From: a virus
Lineage: Duplodnaviria > Caudoviricetes
Virus record (IMG/VR): IMGVR_UViG_3300033067_000735
Coordinates: 1 to 37,979 of that record
Length of the DNA stretch: 37,979 bases
Direction: 5' to 3' (one strand)
Part shown: positions 34,770 to 37,979 of the stretch, one piece after another
Position numbering within the stretch: the stretch's first letter is position 1
How the letters are laid out: every line of letters begins with the position of its first letter
The notes under the pieces: generated by a model
What the model saw: only the letters and a program-made list of their open reading frames with translations
What the model was told of the DNA's origin: nothing
Databases searched by the model: none
Translations under genes and position numbers: made by a program

Positions 34770-34806
34770 CACCTTCCTCCCCATGCGAGGGGATATGCGG
34801 TAGGGG

Positions 34807-35241
34807 TCATGCGGCCTCCCGGCGCTTCGGCAGAAACTCGATCGGGTCGCAGCCGATGGCCTCTCCGATCCGCTCGAATGCCTGCTTCGTGAACGTCTCA
34901 CGCTCGTTGTCGGTCATCTTGTCGAGGGCGATGCTGTCGACCGTCACGCGGGGCTCGCCGGCCAGCGTGAACGCCATCTCGACGTAGCCGAGGTCGAGCT
35001 TCACCATCTCGTGCAACTTCTCCTTGGACGGCCAGCGGCCGGTGGCATCGACCACATGCCGAAGGACCGTCCAGTAGAACGCCAACTGGTCATGGCCGCG
35101 CACGGAAGCCGGGGACACGCTCACGGTGGTCCCGACCGGCAGGGCGTCCCACTCCTCGGCGTCGAACGATGTTTCCGGAGAGCAGTGCCCGTTCGGCGCC
35201 TTGCGGAACATGATGACCGGCTTTTCCTTGCGCTTGGCCAT
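34807..35241 (-). CDS. NinB/DUF1367-like recombination accessory protein
   Basis: R...QLAFYW...LHEMVKLDLGY...SIALDKM; follows the recombinase. Confidence 0.65.
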   Translation of the reverse strand: MAKRKEKPVIMFRKAPNGHCSPETSFDAEEWDALPVGTTVSVSPASVRGHDQLAFYWTVLRHVVDATGRWPSKEKLHEMVKLDLGYVEMAFTLAGEPRVTVDSIALDKMTDNERETFTKQAFERIGEAIGCDPIEFLPKRREAA

Positions 35242-35245
35242 GTCG

Positions 35246-36181
35246 CTACTCCCCGAGTTCGGTGAAGCTGGCTTCGTCGGTGGGCTCGGCGGTCTCGCGG
35301 TCGTAAACCTCGGCCGCCCGGGCATTGCGCTCGCGAAGCACGTCCTCGCGGTCCCCCGGCTGCAACGTCGGCAGGGTCGACAGGGACATCTCGTTCCAGG
35401 TGTCGATCGCCGCGCTCGAATGGCACTTGCCCAGCTTCATGAGCAGGCCCTTCTTGATCAGGGCGCTGTCGTCGGCAGACAGGACCGTGGCGACCTCGCC
35501 CGTCTCCGGGTCGTGTGTCTCGACCGGCGCCGCGGCGATCTGCTTCGGGGCAGGCGGAGGGGTCAGGCGCTGCTCGATGACCGGCGCCGAGGCGGCGGCA
35601 TCGCGGACGGGCGCCTGATCGTCCAGTTCCTCGCGGAGGTACATGCCGCCGAGCACGTCGGCGAAGCCGTCACGGAGGGCAAAGGCGCGGGCGCGGAGCT
35701 GCAGCATACGATCGGGGAACTGCGACCACGGCCCCGACTTGCCCCATAGCCCGGCCTTGCGGGCGTCGGCGACGGAGAAGGTGCGGGTGACGGCCTCGGG
35801 CTCGCCCTTCCGCTTCGCTTCGCACTTGGCCACACGCTGGTCGCCCTCGCCGGCCATCGTCTCGCGGACGTACTCGCAGAGGCCGGAACCGCGCACCAGG
35901 CCGATCGCGGCGTCGCCCCAGATCGTCGGGCGACCGTTGACGACGGCGATCCGCTGCAGGGCGGCCATCGGCGTCATGCCGATTTCGAGGCCGTGCATGA
36001 TGGCGATCATCGCCTTCTCGGGCGTGTCGAGGCCCTTGGGCGCCATGCCGGCCTTGCAGATTGCGGTGGCGAGCCGATAGGCCTCCTCCATGCTCTGCGG
36101 GACGATGGCGCGCACGGCGCCGCCGGCCATCATCTGGTTCTGCCGGTCACGCGGCGGCGGGATGGTCGCGACGTTCGTCAT
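35246..36181 (-). CDS. RecT-like single-strand annealing recombinase
   Basis: GLEIGMTPMAALQRIAVVNGRPTIWGD, FSVADARKAGLWGK.GPW..FPDRML..RA and DPETGEV motifs. Confidence 0.8.
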   Translation of the reverse strand: MTNVATIPPPRDRQNQMMAGGAVRAIVPQSMEEAYRLATAICKAGMAPKGLDTPEKAMIAIMHGLEIGMTPMAALQRIAVVNGRPTIWGDAAIGLVRGSGLCEYVRETMAGEGDQRVAKCEAKRKGEPEAVTRTFSVADARKAGLWGKSGPWSQFPDRMLQLRARAFALRDGFADVLGGMYLREELDDQAPVRDAAASAPVIEQRLTPPPAPKQIAAAPVETHDPETGEVATVLSADDSALIKKGLLMKLGKCHSSAAIDTWNEMSLSTLPTLQPGDREDVLRERNARAAEVYDRETAEPTDEASFTELGE

Positions 36182-36659
36182 GGGTCTTCTCCTGGTAGGT
36201 GTTGATGGCGCCGCCCGCGGCGGCGATGGCCTTGATGATCTCGCCGGCCAGCTTCTTGGTCAGGCGGTAGTCGGGATAGAGCGCCAGCTTCTCGGCGATC
36301 TGGTCGGCGGAGCGGTCAAGCGCCTCGCCATGCTGCCGCAGCGCATCCATGAGGTCCCGCGCCGGCCCCTCGCTGTCGGGCCAGTAGCCGTTGGCGATTG
36401 CGTCGCGGTAGAATTCTTCGGTGACAGCGGTGCCGAACCCGCCGGCCTCGGCGATGGCTTCCATGTGGCCCGTCGAAAGCGTCTCGCCCTCGCCCCAGCC
36501 GCGGAGCGCGACACGCCGGCCGTCGTCCATCCACACGGCCAGCGGCTGGCCCGACCGCATCCGCCAGAACCCGCACGGCATCTGCGTCCTGTCGGCGGGC
36601 GGGTCCGGGTCGCGGCCGGCCAGCTTCGCCAGCCAGTAGCCGTAGTCGTCGGCGTTCAT
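36147..36659 (-). CDS. Hypothetical 170-aa protein
   Basis: GGAGAG RBS; PCGFWR...PLAVW motif. Confidence 0.7.
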   Translation of the reverse strand: MNADDYGYWLAKLAGRDPDPPADRTQMPCGFWRMRSGQPLAVWMDDGRRVALRGWGEGETLSTGHMEAIAEAGGFGTAVTEEFYRDAIANGYWPDSEGPARDLMDALRQHGEALDRSADQIAEKLALYPDYRLTKKLAGEIIKAIAAAGGAINTYQEKTHDERRDHPAAA

Positions 36660-36660
36660 G

Positions 36661-37062
36661 TCAGGCTCTCCGTTCGTTGAACTTGCGGGACGGGCCGAAG
36701 CCCCGGGACTTGATCTTGCGCTTGGGCTTGGCGGTCGTTGTCCGATGGTCGTAGCTCGTGAGCCGCCAGCGGAACTCTTCCTCGGCCTTCGACAGCCGCT
36801 TCACCTTCGCGATGCGATGCACGTCGCTGCCTGCCGTGGTGGCTCCGTTGCCCCGCGTCTTGACGGCGTGTTCCTCGGCATCCCGCCAGACCAGGTAGTC
36901 CGGGTCATGCTCGTGCGGGATGTAGCCGCCGTCCGGGCTGCGATCGCGCAGGCCCAGTGCCGGGTCGTGGTCGAGCTGGGGCGCCTTGAGATTGAGTTGC
37001 CGCAGGGCGACCTTGAGGGCGATGGCTGTCGGGACCTTACGGCGGGGGAGGCGGGCCATCAC
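36661..37062 (-). CDS. Degenerate HNH-like protein
   Basis: LDHDPALGLR...HAVKT...DVHRIAKVKR...IKSRGF; Zn cysteines absent. Confidence 0.6.
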   Translation of the reverse strand: MMARLPRRKVPTAIALKVALRQLNLKAPQLDHDPALGLRDRSPDGGYIPHEHDPDYLVWRDAEEHAVKTRGNGATTAGSDVHRIAKVKRLSKAEEEFRWRLTSYDHRTTTAKPKRKIKSRGFGPSRKFNERRA

Positions 37063-37826
37063 GCTTCCCCCTTGGCCTTCTTGAGGGCGGGCCGCTGGCG
37101 AACCAGCAGATCAGCGGGGATCGGCGCCTTGCGCGTCATCTGCTTCATGAAGAACGTGCGGCCGAGAACGGTGGACTGGTCGCGAAGGCTGCGGAACCAT
37201 GCCGGGTCGGCATCGCGCGCCTTGTGCGCGCCCTGGTCGGTTTCTCCGCCGACGATGATCCAGTCCGGTGCGTTCTTGTCGAGGATCACAGGGCCGAGAA
37301 GCGGCTCCATGCTGGCGAAGGTGAACGCCGGCTCAAGACGCTCGCGAACCTCCGCCAGCTTCATGCGGTCGCGGTCGTATTCCTCTTGGTTCGGGAGCGT
37401 TGCGCCGATCGCCGCGTTGGCGGGGAGCATGTGGCAGCCGCGCTCCGGGTCGGTCATCTTGAGGACGTTGCCAATGCGCTTGGTCAGGAGAAGCCACGTC
37501 AAATGCGTGGTCTCCGCGACCAGCCGCATCAGTTGGTACCGCCACAGTTCGTCGACCTCGTTGTCGAACACGTCGGCGAGCGACGCGCAGAACACGAACG
37601 TCGGTTCGCCGCTGGTCGCCGCCGCCTTGTTCCACGCGAGCGGTTTCCGCCAATTGGCTGGGCTCGTGCGGACCCGGTCATTGCCCGCGCCCCACTCGAC
37701 GCGGCCATAGCGATGATCCATCATCGCCTCGGCGTAGCAGCCGTCGCACGCAGGGCTGACCTTCGTGCAGCCGATCCACGGGTTGAACGTGTGATCCGCC
37801 CATTCGATCTTGGTGAACTCGCCCAT
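37059..37826 (-). CDS. Gp37/Gp68 (DUF5131) radical-SAM-like protein
   Basis: TKIEWADHTFNPWIGCTKVSPACDGCYA, FCASLADVF, LLTKR, SMEPLLG, WIIVGGE and FFMKQ motifs. Confidence 0.9.
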   Translation of the reverse strand: MGEFTKIEWADHTFNPWIGCTKVSPACDGCYAEAMMDHRYGRVEWGAGNDRVRTSPANWRKPLAWNKAAATSGEPTFVFCASLADVFDNEVDELWRYQLMRLVAETTHLTWLLLTKRIGNVLKMTDPERGCHMLPANAAIGATLPNQEEYDRDRMKLAEVRERLEPAFTFASMEPLLGPVILDKNAPDWIIVGGETDQGAHKARDADPAWFRSLRDQSTVLGRTFFMKQMTRKAPIPADLLVRQRPALKKAKGEA

Positions 37827-37915
37827 CACAGCACCGCCAGCCGCTGCTCGTAGATCCACGCCACGGCGAGGATTCCGACGAAGGCGAGGGACAGGAACAC
37901 GGGGAGGCGGGTCAT
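37826..37915 (-). CDS. 29-aa single-TM peptide (MTRLPVFLSLAFVGILAVAWIYEQRLAVL)
   Basis: GAGGAGG RBS; overlapping start/stop on both sides. Confidence 0.6.
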   Translation of the reverse strand: MTRLPVFLSLAFVGILAVAWIYEQRLAVL

Positions 37916-37979
37916 GGGGTGGCCTCCTCAGCGCGAGCCTTGTCGGCTGCCCAATCGTATTTCCGGTAGTCGTCGATCA
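37912..37979 (-). CDS. 3' end of an upstream gene (...IDDYRKYDWAADKARAEEATP)
   Basis: Open frame ending in an ATGA overlap; begins outside the window. Confidence 0.5.
   Translation of the reverse strand, partial: IDDYRKYDWAADKARAEEATP

Larger units (their letters stand above)
1..37979. mobile_element. Near-complete temperate-type podovirus genome or prophage of an alphaproteobacterial host
   Basis: Contiguous immunity, replication, packaging, head, short-tail/ejection, lysis and recombination modules; no host housekeeping genes, tape measure or sheath; both ends cut through ORFs. Confidence 0.95.

Noticed and set aside
37900-37979. Window ends joining directly into a complete circle
   Set aside because: Gene orientation fits circular permutation and joining would give ORF 1..153 a TGA stop, but there is no terminal overlap and the last bases look like the interior of another gene; some sequence is probably missing
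1-37979. tRNA, rRNA, IS elements, tape measure or sheath genes
   Set aside because: No cloverleaf or T-loop signatures in the short intergenic gaps, no transposase, and no long-tail genes recognised by eye

Overview
The window is most of the genome of a high-GC temperate-type podovirus (P22-like/lambdoid layout) whose host is almost certainly an alphaproteobacterium, since it encodes GcrA and GapR homologs. Left to right it contains: leftward early genes; a cI/cro switch with four 17-bp operators; a rightward early and replication operon (GapR, a TGT/DpdA-like enzyme plus a VUT/YhhQ transporter, VRR-NUC, GcrA, a DnaA-C-type HTH, a replication initiator, and a DNA methyltransferase invaded by an antisense HNH cassette); a late promoter/terminator; terminases, portal, fibre/decoration genes, scaffold, major capsid, adaptor and a gp10-like hub; six ejection-region proteins; lysis genes; and a leftward recombination arm that ends in a truncated excisionase-like stub with no integrase. 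Strongest novel-looking signals: (1) four tandem hairpin/pseudoknot units with covariation directly upstream of the scaffold RBS; (2) a YAx[E/R/Q]L peptide in all six ejection-region proteins, a candidate virion cargo-loading tag; (3) an exactly 600-bp in-frame HNH cassette that supplies a synonymously diverged replacement 3' end for the methyltransferase; (4) a salvage-only 7-deazaguanine modification pair; (5) a shared N-terminal leader on three genes between portal and scaffold. All protein assignments come from motif recognition and synteny by eye; no searches were run.
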